NCBI GenBank assembly: GCA_963815115.1
Contig: CAWFFN010000005.1
Location: 1,632,001-1,696,000 of the forward strand
Length of the DNA stretch: 64,000 bases
Direction of reading: 5' to 3'
DNA from: an uncultured delta proteobacterium
GTDB taxonomy: Bacteria > Desulfobacterota > Binatia > DP-6
Positions 1 through 10,453 of this stretch are shown piece after piece. Under the pieces are notes generated by a model. It ran no database searches, had not been told where the DNA came from, and was given only the letters and a program-made list of their open reading frames with translations. The number at the start of each line of letters is the position of its first letter. The first letter of the stretch is position 1. Made by a program: the position numbers and the translations under genes.

Positions 1-878
1 ACAATCGCGATGACTCGCTGGTCGCGCGTGCCACGATCGAGCAGGCGTACGACATCTACGGACCGACGTCGATGGGGATGCACGGCTGCGGCGCGTCGCC
101 GGTCTGGGGGAGCCATACCACCTTCCGCCGCGCGGCACTCGACAGCATCGCCGGCTATCAGCCGGGCCTTGCCGAGGACCTCCACACCTCGATGCGCCTG
201 CACGCGGCGGGCTGGCGCTCCGAATTTCTTCCGGCCGTGCACGCCTCGGGTCTCGTGCCGAGCGACTTCCGTGCCTTCACCATGCAGCAGCGCAAGTGGT
301 CGCGCGGCGTGTTCGGCGTCCTGATCGACGTGTACCCGCGCGTCTGGCGCCAGCTCTCCTGGTCGCAGCGAATCGCCTACCTGGTGCGCTCCAGCTACCA
401 CCTGATCGGACCGGTCTTCGCCGTGCACGCGTTCCTCGCGGTCTACCTGCTCCTCTTCGGCAGCGCCGCCGCCCTGGAAGGGTTCGCGGCGTATGTGCTC
501 GGGGCCGTGCCCCTGATCGCCGCCGTCGTCGGCGCCCGGGCGCTCGCGAACACCTTCTGGAACGTGCAGGCCGACGCGGTCGGGATCAAGTGGCGCGGCT
601 ACACGCTCGCCTTCGCGCTCTGGCCGATCTACCTAGGCACCTTGGTCCGTGCCGTTCTCGGCATTCCCTTGCCGCACATCGCGACGCCCAAGCGACGCGC
701 CGTGGAAGCCCATCCTCGACTCGTCGTTGCGCAGCTCGCGCTGATCGCGCTGCTCGCGCTGGGCATCGCGACGCGGCTGGGTGCCCCGATCAATCTCGGT
801 CTCGTCGTGACCACGGGCTTCGCGATCGGAGCCATCGCGATCCAGGCATACGCCGTCGCGGCTGCGATGCGTCCGTGA
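1..878 (+). CDS. Membrane GT2 glycosyltransferase (cellulose-synthase-like), 5' end outside the window
   Basis: LAEDLHTS (catalytic ED) and QQRKW (QxxRW-like) motifs followed by several TM helices. The frame is open to the window edge. Confidence 0.85.
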   Translation, partial: NRDDSLVARATIEQAYDIYGPTSMGMHGCGASPVWGSHTTFRRAALDSIAGYQPGLAEDLHTSMRLHAAGWRSEFLPAVHASGLVPSDFRAFTMQQRKWSRGVFGVLIDVYPRVWRQLSWSQRIAYLVRSSYHLIGPVFAVHAFLAVYLLLFGSAAALEGFAAYVLGAVPLIAAVVGARALANTFWNVQADAVGIKWRGYTLAFALWPIYLGTLVRAVLGIPLPHIATPKRRAVEAHPRLVVAQLALIALLALGIATRLGAPINLGLVVTTGFAIGAIAIQAYAVAAAMRP

Positions 879-2686
879 CGGACGAGACGGCCGCCGGGGC
901 CGATCGGCTACGCCCCTTCGCGGCGGTGCGCCTCCTGCGGCCGCTCCTGGCGGCCCACCCGTTCGCGGTCGGGCTCGTCGTCGCCCTGGGGATCCTCGCC
1001 TCGGCCGCCGAGGGCATCGGGATCACGCTCTTCATCCCGCTCGTGCAGAGCATCGACCCGGCGGCGACGACGGGCGCGCTGCCGTGGCCGCTGGCGCATC
1101 TCGTCGGGCTCGTGCCCGGCGATCGGCGGGTGATGGTCCTGCCCCTGCTGATCCTGGGGGCGATCCTGCTCAAGAACGCCCTCGGCTTCGCCAACCACTG
1201 CGTGGTGTCGCGGATGTTCGGCGAGGTGGGCGCGGAGCTCCGCGGGCGCCTCTTCGATCGCCTGCTCCGGATGGACTGGGCGGCCTTCGAGGGCGCCGAC
1301 TCGGGCGCGTTGCTGACCCTGCTCTCGAGCGAATCGTGGCGCGCGGCGCAGGCGGTCCAGCTGCTCCTCGCGATCCTGGTTCACCTCTGTACCATCGCCG
1401 TGCTGGTCGCGCTGCTGCTCGTCATCTCGTGGCGGCTGACCCTCGCGCTCGTCCTCGGCATCCTCGCGGTCTCGTGGCTCGTCCGGACGATGGCCGAGGG
1501 AGCGAAGCACACGGGAAGCGCCTCGGTGCAGGCGAATGCGCGCCTGGGTGAGCGCATGTGGGAGACCCTCGCGGGGCTGCGGACGGTGCAGGCCTTCGGC
1601 GTCGAGGATCACGAGCGCATGCGCTTCGCGGCGGCATCCGGCGAGGTGCGCCGGACCTTTCTCCGCCTCGACGTGATCTCCGGCCTGGTCGGTCCCGTCT
1701 CCGAGACGCTGCACGCCGCGCTCCTGCTCGTCATCGTGGTCGTGGCCCTGCGCGACCGCGGCATGCTCCCGGCGCTGCTCGCCTTCGCGCTCCTCGTGTA
1801 CCGGCTCCAGCCACAGATGCGGATGCTGGAGACCGCTCGGGCGGGACTCTTCGGCCTCCTCGGTGCGGTGCGCGACGTGCAGGCGTTTCTCGACGCCCCG
1901 GCCGGGCCGTCGCCCGCGCGCGTGCAGCGTACGATCCCGCGACCGCTTGCGGGCGGCGCGCTGGCGGTCGAGCAGGTCACCTTTCACTATCCCGGCGACG
2001 CGAAGGTCGTCCTGCGTGACGTCTCGTTCCGGATCGCCCGGAACCAGGTGACCGCGATCGTGGGAGGATCCGGCGCCGGGAAGACCACCCTCCTGCACCT
2101 GCTGTGCGGGTTCCTTACCCCGACCCTCGGGCGCATCGCCGTCGACGGCGTTCCGCTCGCCACGCTCGATCGCGCGGCGTGGCTGCAGCGGATCGGCCTG
2201 GTGAGCCAGGACACGTTCCTCTTCAACACCAGCATCCGCGACAACATCGCCTACGGGCGGCTGGACGCGGGCGAGGCCGAGATCGAGGACGCCGCGCGGC
2301 GGGCGCACGCGCACGAGTTCATCGTCGACCTGCCCGCCGGCTACGCCACCGTCGTCGGCGACCGCGGCGTGCGGCTGTCGGGGGGCCAGCGCCAGCGCAT
2401 CGCCCTGGCGCGCGCCTTCATCCGCCGGCCGGACCTCCTGATCCTGGACGAGGCGACGAACGCGCTCGACGGCGTCTCCGAGCATCTCGTGCGGCGATCG
2501 ATCGAGGAGGCGCGCGGGTCGTGCACGGTCGTGATCGTCGCGCACCGCCTCGACTCCATCCTCGATGCGGATCACGTCGTCGTCCTGGAAGGAGGCCGGA
2601 TCGTCGAGGAGGGGAAGATCGCGGCGTTGCTCGAACGGGACGGCACCTTCCGCCGGCTCTATGCGCGGCGGAGCGGCGCCGAGTGA
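875..2686 (+). CDS. ABC transporter permease/ATP-binding fusion (MsbA-like glycolipid/polysaccharide exporter)
   Basis: N-terminal TM domain, Walker A GGSGAGKTT, LSGGQRQR signature, LILDEAT Walker B. The GTG start overlaps the upstream TGA. Confidence 0.9.
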   Translation: MTDETAAGADRLRPFAAVRLLRPLLAAHPFAVGLVVALGILASAAEGIGITLFIPLVQSIDPAATTGALPWPLAHLVGLVPGDRRVMVLPLLILGAILLKNALGFANHCVVSRMFGEVGAELRGRLFDRLLRMDWAAFEGADSGALLTLLSSESWRAAQAVQLLLAILVHLCTIAVLVALLLVISWRLTLALVLGILAVSWLVRTMAEGAKHTGSASVQANARLGERMWETLAGLRTVQAFGVEDHERMRFAAASGEVRRTFLRLDVISGLVGPVSETLHAALLLVIVVVALRDRGMLPALLAFALLVYRLQPQMRMLETARAGLFGLLGAVRDVQAFLDAPAGPSPARVQRTIPRPLAGGALAVEQVTFHYPGDAKVVLRDVSFRIARNQVTAIVGGSGAGKTTLLHLLCGFLTPTLGRIAVDGVPLATLDRAAWLQRIGLVSQDTFLFNTSIRDNIAYGRLDAGEAEIEDAARRAHAHEFIVDLPAGYATVVGDRGVRLSGGQRQRIALARAFIRRPDLLILDEATNALDGVSEHLVRRSIEEARGSCTVVIVAHRLDSILDADHVVVLEGGRIVEEGKIAALLERDGTFRRLYARRSGAE

Positions 2687-2696
2687 GAGCGCGCAC

Positions 2697-3962
2697 GTGA
2701 CCGAGACCCGCTACCGGCTCGTGACGATCGACCTCGCCCGTCCGCTGCCCGCGATCGCCCTCGGCGCCGACGAGGCCGGCGTGGGGCTGACGGTACGTCT
2801 CGACGGACGGCCGATCGGCTTCGTCCTGCACGAGCTGCCGGCCGGCGCGACGCTCGATCCGGAGGGAGTCGGTCGATTGCTCGGGCCGGAGGAGCGGCTC
2901 GCGCTGATCGAGGAGCGCATCCGGCGGGAGCTCGTGGCGGAGACCGCGACCTGCCCGGCGCCGTCGGTGACGGCGGTCGTGTGCACGCACGATCGGCCGG
3001 ACTTGCTGGCGCGCTGCCTGGACTCCCTCGTCGCACTGCGCGAGCGCGGGCGGGCGAACACACCGGCGCTCGAGATCCTCGTCGTCGACAACGCCCCGTC
3101 CGACGAGGCGGCGCGCGACGTCGTCTCGCAGCGTCCTCGCATTCGCTACGTGCGCGAGCCGATCACCGGCCTCGACTTCGCGCGCAACCGCGGACTCGCA
3201 GAGGCTGCCGGCGAGTTCGTCGCCTATTTCGACGACGACGTCACCGTCGACCCGCGCTGGCTCGAGGGATTCGTGGAGGCCCGGACCGCCCATCCCGATG
3301 CCGCCGCCGTCACCGGGCCCGTGCTGCCGCTCGAGCTGGTCACGCGCGCCCAGGTCGAGTTCGAGCGACTGGGCGGCTTCGGCCACCGATTCCGGAGAAT
3401 GCGCTTCGGCACGACGCTCGCGGGCAACGACGCCTATCCCTGCGGCGCGGGCATCTTCGGAGCCGGCTGCAACATGGCATTCCGGCGGGACGCCGTGCGG
3501 GGGATCGGTGGCTTCGACGAGGCGCTCGACACCGGGGCACGGCTGCCGGGCGGCGGCGACCTCGACATCTTCTACCGCCTCGTGCGCGCCGGCCACGTGA
3601 TCGTCAGCGAGCCGCGCTGCCTCGTCCTGCACCAGCATCGGCGCACCCACGAGCAGCTGCGCCGCCAGCTCTGGACCTGGGGGCTGGGCTTCATGGCGTT
3701 CGTCGGCAAGTCGTATCGCGCCGATCCGACGCAGCGAGCGAAGTTCCGCCAGTTGCTCGCCTGGTGGCTCGTCAGCAAGGCGCGCCAGCTCGCGGGGCGG
3801 GCTCTCGGCCGGGACGCCCCGCCGGTCGACCTGACCCTGGCGGAGCTGGGCGGAGCCGCCGTCGGGCTGTGCGGTGAGTACGGGCGCTCGTGCCGGCGGG
3901 TCGAGCAGCTTCGCCGGGCACCGGCGACCGGCGGGTTACTCGCCAGCGGAGGAGCGCGATGA
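2697..3962 (+). CDS. GT2 family glycosyltransferase
   Basis: VVCTHDRP, VVDNAPSD, ARNRG, YFDDDV and GCNMAFRR motifs. Confidence 0.9.
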   Translation: MTETRYRLVTIDLARPLPAIALGADEAGVGLTVRLDGRPIGFVLHELPAGATLDPEGVGRLLGPEERLALIEERIRRELVAETATCPAPSVTAVVCTHDRPDLLARCLDSLVALRERGRANTPALEILVVDNAPSDEAARDVVSQRPRIRYVREPITGLDFARNRGLAEAAGEFVAYFDDDVTVDPRWLEGFVEARTAHPDAAAVTGPVLPLELVTRAQVEFERLGGFGHRFRRMRFGTTLAGNDAYPCGAGIFGAGCNMAFRRDAVRGIGGFDEALDTGARLPGGGDLDIFYRLVRAGHVIVSEPRCLVLHQHRRTHEQLRRQLWTWGLGFMAFVGKSYRADPTQRAKFRQLLAWWLVSKARQLAGRALGRDAPPVDLTLAELGGAAVGLCGEYGRSCRRVEQLRRAPATGGLLASGGAR

Positions 3963-5254
3963 GCGCGCCCGAGCCCGGCTGGCGCATCCTCCACGTCGAC
4001 CTCGGGAAGCCGCTTTGCGAGATCTCTTCGGACGGTGACCGCGCCGGCCTGCAGCTCGTGTTCTGGCTCGACGGCCTGCCCCTCGGCCGCTGCGAGGTGG
4101 CAGCGAGCGATCTGCCGCTGTCGGTGGCGACGATCGCGACCCTGGCGAGCCAGGCGGTGGCCCCCACGGTCGGCGGGCGTCTCTTCGCCGGGGACTTCGA
4201 GGCGCCGATGCCGGCGGCCGGCTCCGATGCCAGGCCGGCGCGGGACGCGGGCGCGCTCCTCGCGTGCCGGCGCCCACTCGCGGCGCTGCGAGCACGACTG
4301 GCCGGCGCCGGCGGCTCGGCGCAAACGGCCGACGTGTCGGTCGTCGTCTGCACGCGCGATCGCCCGGAGGCGCTCGCGCGCTGCCTCGAATCGTTGCGTT
4401 CGAGCCGGACGCGGCCGCGCGAGCTCCTGGTCGTCGACAACGCCTCGAGCGGCGAAGGCACGCATCGCGTGGTCGCGGGCATGCCCGGGGTGCGCTACCT
4501 CCGCGAGCCGCGTCCCGGCCTCGCCATCGCGCGCAACACCGGGGTCCGCGCGACGACCGGGGCGATCATCGCGTTCACCGACGACGACGTCGTGGTGGAT
4601 CCGGACTGGATGCCGCGCCTCGTGGGGCCATTCGCCGATCACCGGGTGATGGCCGTGACCGGCATCGTGCTGCCGGGCGAGCTCGAGAGCGCCGCGCAGC
4701 GCATGGCAGAGGATCGCATGTGGAGCTTCAACCGCGAGTTCCGGCCGCTCGTCTTCGATGCGCGGTACTTCGCGCGCATGCGAGCGCGCGGCGTTCCCGT
4801 ATGGCACATCGGCGCCGGGGCCAACATGGCCATTCGCCGCGAGGCCTTCACGCACGTCGGCCTCTTCGACGAGCGCCTCGGGGCGGGAGCTGCCGGCTGC
4901 AGCGAGGATTCCGAGCTCTGGTACCGGCTCCTGGCGGAGGGCTGGCAGTGCGTCTACGAGCCGTCCGCGGTGGTCTTCCACTACCATCGCGCGGACCCGG
5001 AGGCGCTTCGCCGGCAATGGCACGCGTACATGCGCGGCCACGTCGCCGCGCTCCTCGTCCAGTTCGCGCGCTATCGACACTGGGGCAACGTGCGTCGCAT
5101 CGTGCTGCAGCTCCCGATCTTCTACGCGGCCTGGCTGCGCGACGTGGCCCGGCGCCGGAAGATGGAAGGGCCGCTGTGGTGGGCCGCGGTGTCGGGGACG
5201 GTCGCCGGCGTCGGCTTCTACCTCCGCCATCGCAGCGCGCCACCGGTCGCATGA
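3959..5254 (+). CDS. GT2 family glycosyltransferase (paralog of the upstream gene)
   Basis: VVCTRDRP, VVDNAS, ARNTG, FTDDDV, GANMAIRR and EDSEL motifs. ATGA overlap with the upstream gene. Confidence 0.9.
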   Translation: MSAPEPGWRILHVDLGKPLCEISSDGDRAGLQLVFWLDGLPLGRCEVAASDLPLSVATIATLASQAVAPTVGGRLFAGDFEAPMPAAGSDARPARDAGALLACRRPLAALRARLAGAGGSAQTADVSVVVCTRDRPEALARCLESLRSSRTRPRELLVVDNASSGEGTHRVVAGMPGVRYLREPRPGLAIARNTGVRATTGAIIAFTDDDVVVDPDWMPRLVGPFADHRVMAVTGIVLPGELESAAQRMAEDRMWSFNREFRPLVFDARYFARMRARGVPVWHIGAGANMAIRREAFTHVGLFDERLGAGAAGCSEDSELWYRLLAEGWQCVYEPSAVVFHYHRADPEALRRQWHAYMRGHVAALLVQFARYRHWGNVRRIVLQLPIFYAAWLRDVARRRKMEGPLWWAAVSGTVAGVGFYLRHRSAPPVA

Positions 5255-6024
5255 GCGCCGATCGCGCCGTCCGGGTGTCGGGCGACGGGCGCGCCCCGCG
5301 GCGGGCGTTCCTGCGGGCCAATCCATTTCCCCATCCGCTGACGTCGGGCTTCTTCTATCGCGAGAAGATGCGCGCCATTCATCGCGTCGCCCCCGAGCGC
5401 GAGTTCGCGACCATCCTCGAGATCGGGGGCGGTCAGAGCGGCCTCACCGCGCTCCTCTACCCGCGGGCGCGGATCGTCAACCTGGACCGGGTCCGCGAGT
5501 ACGCTTCGGCGGCGCCGAATGCGCGGCCGGCGCTCAGCTTCGTCTGCGGCGACGCCACCATGCTGCCGTTCGCGCCGGCGAGCATGGATGCCGTCACCTG
5601 CTTCGACGTGCTCGAGCACGTCGGCGACGATCGGCGCGCGCTGGACGAGGCCCTGCGGGTACTCCGGCCGGGCGGCGCATTGCTGGTCAGCTCACCGAAC
5701 GAGCGCTGGCGCTTCCCGTATCATGCGGTGATGCGCGCCCTCTGTCCCGGCGAGGAGGCCATCATGAGGGAGTGGGGGCACGTGCGGCGCGGGTACGCCC
5801 TGTCCCGGCTGGACGCGATGCTGGCCCTGCCGCACGCGGGTGCCGCGTCCTTCATCACGCCGTGGACGGCGGTGTCCCACGACCTCGCGTTCTCGCGCCT
5901 GCCGGGCCCGCTGCGGACGCTCGCCTGCGCGGCCGTCGCGCCGGTCGTGTGGCTGGCCTCGCTCTTCGACGACTCGGGGCGCGGTACCGAGACCGTCGCG
6001 CTGTGGATCAAGACCGGCGGATGA
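5251..6024 (+). CDS. Class I SAM-dependent methyltransferase
   Basis: ILEIGGGQ motif I, GDATMLPF, FDVLEHV, RVLRPGG. Confidence 0.85.
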   Translation: MSADRAVRVSGDGRAPRRAFLRANPFPHPLTSGFFYREKMRAIHRVAPEREFATILEIGGGQSGLTALLYPRARIVNLDRVREYASAAPNARPALSFVCGDATMLPFAPASMDAVTCFDVLEHVGDDRRALDEALRVLRPGGALLVSSPNERWRFPYHAVMRALCPGEEAIMREWGHVRRGYALSRLDAMLALPHAGAASFITPWTAVSHDLAFSRLPGPLRTLACAAVAPVVWLASLFDDSGRGTETVALWIKTGG

Positions 6025-7355
6025 CTCCCACCCGGGCCGAGCATGGCGCACGGCCCATCCGCCGGGTCGCCCTCCTGCCGTGGGGCGACGTGATCGAGGA
6101 CTTTCTCGCTGGACTCGGGATGACGTTCTCCCAGTTCTGCGAGGAGATGACCGGGGGCTGGCTCTTCGGATACGTCGAAGCGCTGCGGCGCGCGCGCATC
6201 GAGGCGGTGATCGTCTGCGTATCGTCCGAGGTGGATGTCGTGACCCGTCGGACGCACCGGCCGACGGGTGCGCCGGTCTGCGTCCTGCCCGCACCGGCCG
6301 CCTACCGGAGGCTCCGGCGACACATGCGCGATCCCCTCGCCACGACTGCCGACGAGACGTTCGGACGGCTGCGCGTCCCGCTGCTTGCGTCCGCCTTGAA
6401 GGACGTCGCCTCGTATCTCGCGACCCCTCCGCGGCTCCTCGCGCGCGCGCTGCGCAGCGAGGGCTGCGAGGGGATCCTCTGCCAGGAGTACGAGTATCCT
6501 CGGTTCGACGTGTGCGTATCGGTCGGCCGGCTGGTCGGGTGCCCGGTCTTCGGGGTGTTCCAGGGCGGCAGCTTCCAGGTGAGCCGCCTCGAGCGTGTCG
6601 TGCGCCCGCTGGCCGTACGCGGCGCACGGGGCCTCGTCATCGGCGCCGCGGAGGAGACCGCGCGCGTCCGCGTCCGCTACGGGAGCCAGACCCCGATCGC
6701 CCGGATCGGCAATCCGCTCGATCTCGATCTCTGGCACGCCGGGGATCGCGCCGCCGCGCGGGCCGCGCTGGGGATCCCCGCAGCGGCTCGCGTGGTGGCC
6801 TGGCACGGTCGCGTCGACGTTCGCCGGAAGGGCCTCGACGTCCTCCTCGATGCCTGGCAGCGGCTGTCCGGCGAACGGCCGGAACGCGACCTCCGCCTGA
6901 TCCTCGTTGGCTCGGGGCACGACGCCGACCGCTTCCGCAGCCTGCTCGACGGGCGGGGGCCGCGCGCGGTCCACTGGCACGACGCCTACGTGCGTGATCC
7001 GTCCCTGATCCGGTGTCATCTCTCCGCCGCGGACGTCTACGTCCTGCCCTCGCGGCACGAGGGCTTCCCGGTTGCGCTGCTCGAGGCGATGGCGTGCCGG
7101 CTCCCGGTGGTCGCGACGGCGGTGGCCGGCGTCGCCGACATCCTCGGCGACGAGGCCGGCTCGGCTGGCCTCGTCGTTCCTCCCGAGCGATCGGACGCAC
7201 TCGCCGCGGCGCTGGGACGCTTCGTGGATGACGATGCGCTGGCACGGGCGGCCGGGGAGCGCGCGCGGCGGCGGGTCGAGCAGGAGTTCTCTCTGGACGT
7301 CGTCGGAGCGCGCCTGGGCGCCCTGCTGGACTCAGGGAGTCCGGGCCCGAGGTAG
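6021..7355 (+). CDS. GT4 family glycosyltransferase
   Basis: GRVDVRRKG and PSRHEGFPVALLEAMA (EX7E) motifs. ATGA overlap. Confidence 0.9.
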   Translation: MTPTRAEHGARPIRRVALLPWGDVIEDFLAGLGMTFSQFCEEMTGGWLFGYVEALRRARIEAVIVCVSSEVDVVTRRTHRPTGAPVCVLPAPAAYRRLRRHMRDPLATTADETFGRLRVPLLASALKDVASYLATPPRLLARALRSEGCEGILCQEYEYPRFDVCVSVGRLVGCPVFGVFQGGSFQVSRLERVVRPLAVRGARGLVIGAAEETARVRVRYGSQTPIARIGNPLDLDLWHAGDRAAARAALGIPAAARVVAWHGRVDVRRKGLDVLLDAWQRLSGERPERDLRLILVGSGHDADRFRSLLDGRGPRAVHWHDAYVRDPSLIRCHLSAADVYVLPSRHEGFPVALLEAMACRLPVVATAVAGVADILGDEAGSAGLVVPPERSDALAAALGRFVDDDALARAAGERARRRVEQEFSLDVVGARLGALLDSGSPGPR

Positions 7356-8912
7356 CTCCTGCGAGCCGTCCCGCCCGGTCTGGGGGTCGTCGAAGCGCAA
7401 GATGCGGATGCCGGGAAACCGGGCCACCTCCGCGCCGGCGCCCCGGGCTGCGATCGCCCGGTCGAGGTAGCCGGCGGGATCGTCCTCCCAGTCGCGGCTG
7501 AGGACGAGCCACCTCCCGGAGCCGGTCAGCGTCGCGAGGACCGTGTCCGCATCCGCGACGCTCTGCACCGGGTGGACCGGGAGCGGCTCCAGGCGCGGAG
7601 GAGCGTCGTAGTGCTCGAGCCCCTCGATCACGTAGTGGGCGCTCACCGTCACCGGGGCTCCGGCGCTCACGTGCTCGCGGAGATAGCGGGCTGCTCCACG
7701 GAGATCCTCGCGCGCGTAACGGGCGTCGAAACGATCGCGGCCGATCGAGAGCGCGGCGAGAAGGACGAGACCCGAGAGGCAGGTGATGCCATACCAGCGT
7801 GGGGCGCGGGCGAGGCCGGCCGCGGCCAGCAAGACGAAGGCAGGGAACGTTCCGAAGAGGTAGCGGACGTTGTACGCACCGTCCTTCAGCCAGGCGCCGC
7901 CGAAGGTCACCAGCGCCGGCACGAGGATCCAGAGCACGAGGTACAGCCCCCACTCGCCGAGCGACGGCAGCGCGCGTACGGCGGCCCAGGCGAGGGCCCC
8001 CCCGATCAGCAGGACGGCCGCGAAGTCTGGCCAGTAGGCTGCTGCGATCGTCGCGAGTCCCCGCTCTCGATGCAGGGTCTCGACCGGCGGTCCGAGGCCG
8101 AAGCCGCCGACGAAGGTGAACGCGGTGTACGGAACCGCGAGCCATTCGAAGGCGCGCTGGTGGCCGACGGCGGCCACCTCCCGGCCGAGCAGCCCGAAGG
8201 CGAGGGCGGCCACCGCGAGGAGAGCTCCCGCGGCGATCGCGAGCCGGCGGAGCGTGAGGCGATCGCCAAATCGCCGGAGAACGACGAACGCGGCCTGCGC
8301 CAGCACGATCGCACCGTAGAGGTAGTGGGTCAGGAGGCCGATTACCGTGACCAGAGCGTAGCCGATCCACGCGCCCGGACCGCCGTCGCGCAGCGCCCGC
8401 ACGAACAGCCACGATCCCGTCACGCTGCACGCAGCCACCAGCGCGTACATGCGGCCCTCGCGCGAGTACCACACGTGCAACGGCGCGGTCGCGAGAATGA
8501 ACGCGCCGAGCACCGCCGTGCGGCGGTCGGCGACCGCGCACCCGAGGGCGAGCAGCGCCGCCACCGTGCCGATGCCCGCGACGGCGGACACCAGGCGTCC
8601 GTTCACATCCGAATCCCGGAAGCGATCCAGCGCCTTCAAGAGGAGGCCGTAGAGCGGCGGATGTCCGTCCTGGACCGAGAGGAGAACCGGAAGAGGCCAG
8701 TGCGCGGAGTCAGCGCTGTAGATCTCGTCGGTCCACAAGCTCTGGTCGTCGAGACCGGGGAGGCGAAGGGCCGCCGCGAGCAGCAGGATCGCGACGCTGG
8801 CACCGATCAGACAGGTCCGCGTCACCCCCGCGAGTCTAGCGCGAAGGGCCGCGCGCGTGCGACCGGGCGCCGTCCGGTTCGCCCGCGCGAACGCCGCCAC
8901 GCGGACGCGCAC
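7332..8912 (-). CDS. GT-C membrane glycosyltransferase (ArnT/PMT, GT39/83-like)
   Basis: SLWTDEIYS, HPPLY and SREGRMY motifs with many TM helices. Start uncertain. Confidence 0.8.
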   Translation of the reverse strand: MRVRVAAFARANRTAPGRTRAALRARLAGVTRTCLIGASVAILLLAAALRLPGLDDQSLWTDEIYSADSAHWPLPVLLSVQDGHPPLYGLLLKALDRFRDSDVNGRLVSAVAGIGTVAALLALGCAVADRRTAVLGAFILATAPLHVWYSREGRMYALVAACSVTGSWLFVRALRDGGPGAWIGYALVTVIGLLTHYLYGAIVLAQAAFVVLRRFGDRLTLRRLAIAAGALLAVAALAFGLLGREVAAVGHQRAFEWLAVPYTAFTFVGGFGLGPPVETLHRERGLATIAAAYWPDFAAVLLIGGALAWAAVRALPSLGEWGLYLVLWILVPALVTFGGAWLKDGAYNVRYLFGTFPAFVLLAAAGLARAPRWYGITCLSGLVLLAALSIGRDRFDARYAREDLRGAARYLREHVSAGAPVTVSAHYVIEGLEHYDAPPRLEPLPVHPVQSVADADTVLATLTGSGRWLVLSRDWEDDPAGYLDRAIAARGAGAEVARFPGIRILRFDDPQTGRDGSQELPRARTP

Positions 8913-8945
8913 GGCATGGTCGAGCTTCGGGCGACCCTGGGCGAC

Positions 8946-9968
8946 CTACGTGGCGTCGTGGGACGACGGCACGTCGCCGGTGCACGTCGCGTTCCGCGTC
9001 GAGCGGGGCTCGGGCGCGGCGGTCGTGGCGGCGGTCGGTCCCCGTCGCTGAGGCGCCGGGTCGAGGACGGATCGCACGCGCGGGCGGATCCGGTGCCCGC
9101 CGCTGTAGACGTTGAAGCGGCGGTCGCGCACGAAGCCGAGCAGCGTCAGGTTGGCGTGGCGCGCGAGATCCGCCGCCAGGCTCGACGGGGCTCCGACGGC
9201 CGCGAGCATCGGGATGCCGGCGACGATCGCCTTCTGCACCAGCTCGTAGCCCGCGCGTCCGCTGACGAAGATCAAGCGGTCCGACAGCGGGACCGTGCCT
9301 GCGAGGAGCTGCCCGCCGACCAGCTTGTCGACCGCATTGTGGCGGCCGACGTCCTCGTGCACGTCGATCAGTCGGCCGTCGCCGTCGAACAGCGCCGCCG
9401 CATGCAGCCCGCCGGTCCGGTCGAACACCGCCTGCGCCCTGCGCAGGCGTTCCGGCAATTCGTGGACGAGAGAGGGCGGGGCCGCGAAGCCGTCGGGCAG
9501 GTGCAGGTGGCCCGTCGCCGGGAGGGCGTCGAGCGATGCCTTCCCGCACAGCCCGCAGCTCGAGCTGGTCAGGAAGCTCCGGGTCACGAGCCGCTCGTCG
9601 ACCGGGATGCTGGACGCGAGCTCCACGCGTACGATGTTGCGCACGCCGAGCGGGCCCGCCGGCGGGCCGCAGCTCTCGGCCCGTACGATGTCCTCGCGCC
9701 GGCGCACGACACCCTCGGCGAAGAGGAATCCGACGGCCAGCTCGACGTCGCGGCCGGGCGTGCGCATGGTCACCGTGATGCTGCGCCGGGTCCGCTCGGC
9801 GCCGGCCCCGTAGCCGAGCCGGATCTCGAGCGGCTCCTCGACGGCGAGCACATCACATCCGCTTGACGACGTGCTCCCGGCGATGCGCTGGACGACGACC
9901 TCGGTCAGGCCCTGCTCGGCGGGCGCTGATGGGCGAGCGGCGACCAGGCTTGACGGCTCGAAGCTCAT
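8946..9968 (-). CDS. fdhD: Formate dehydrogenase accessory sulfurtransferase FdhD
   Basis: VEEPLEI, TMRTPG, SSCGLCG, TGGLHAAALF, EDVGRHNAVDK and GAPSSLA motifs. Confidence 0.95.
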   Translation of the reverse strand: MSFEPSSLVAARPSAPAEQGLTEVVVQRIAGSTSSSGCDVLAVEEPLEIRLGYGAGAERTRRSITVTMRTPGRDVELAVGFLFAEGVVRRREDIVRAESCGPPAGPLGVRNIVRVELASSIPVDERLVTRSFLTSSSCGLCGKASLDALPATGHLHLPDGFAAPPSLVHELPERLRRAQAVFDRTGGLHAAALFDGDGRLIDVHEDVGRHNAVDKLVGGQLLAGTVPLSDRLIFVSGRAGYELVQKAIVAGIPMLAAVGAPSSLAADLARHANLTLLGFVRDRRFNVYSGGHRIRPRVRSVLDPAPQRRGPTAATTAAPEPRSTRNATCTGDVPSSHDAT

Positions 9969-10447
9969 CTCTTCGTCCCCTTGTGTACGCGCGACAGGTT
10001 CCAGCCGATCGCGACGAGAAGACCGTTCGCCGCTGCCAGTCCCCGCCGGAAGTCCTTGCTGAAGAACGTGCCGAGAAGCGCCAAGAGGCCCGGCGGCCGC
10101 GCGTCCTCGGCCCGGGTCTGCGCGAGTGCCGCCGGTATCGCACGGGTGAAATCGGCGACCACCGCGGGGTCGAGGCTGCCGAACGCCTGCGCCAGCAGGA
10201 CCAGGTTGCGCAGTCCGCGGGTCGCTTCCGGCGTGTCGGCCGCCTTGGCGGCGATCTCGACGAGGGCGTCCCGGGAGCCGAGGGCGCCGCGCAGGATGTC
10301 GAGGACCCCCTGGTCGTGCAGCCCGCGCAGGACCTCGTATGCCGCCAGGACCGCCTCGGCGTGCTCGATCGGCGCGGCGGCGAGGCGCGCTGCGAGCTCC
10401 GCGCGCTCGTCGCGAGGAGGCAGCTCGAGCCGAATCGGGTGGGCCAT
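9965..10447 (-). CDS. DUF1641-family FDH partner protein (YjgD/YrhD-like)
   Basis: MAHPI start, LHDQGVLDILRG and PPGLLALL...D.RRGL. Lies between fdh alpha and fdhD. Confidence 0.75.
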   Translation of the reverse strand: MAHPIRLELPPRDERAELAARLAAAPIEHAEAVLAAYEVLRGLHDQGVLDILRGALGSRDALVEIAAKAADTPEATRGLRNLVLLAQAFGSLDPAVVADFTRAIPAALAQTRAEDARPPGLLALLGTFFSKDFRRGLAAANGLLVAIGWNLSRVHKGTKR

Positions 10448-10453
10448 GGTCCC

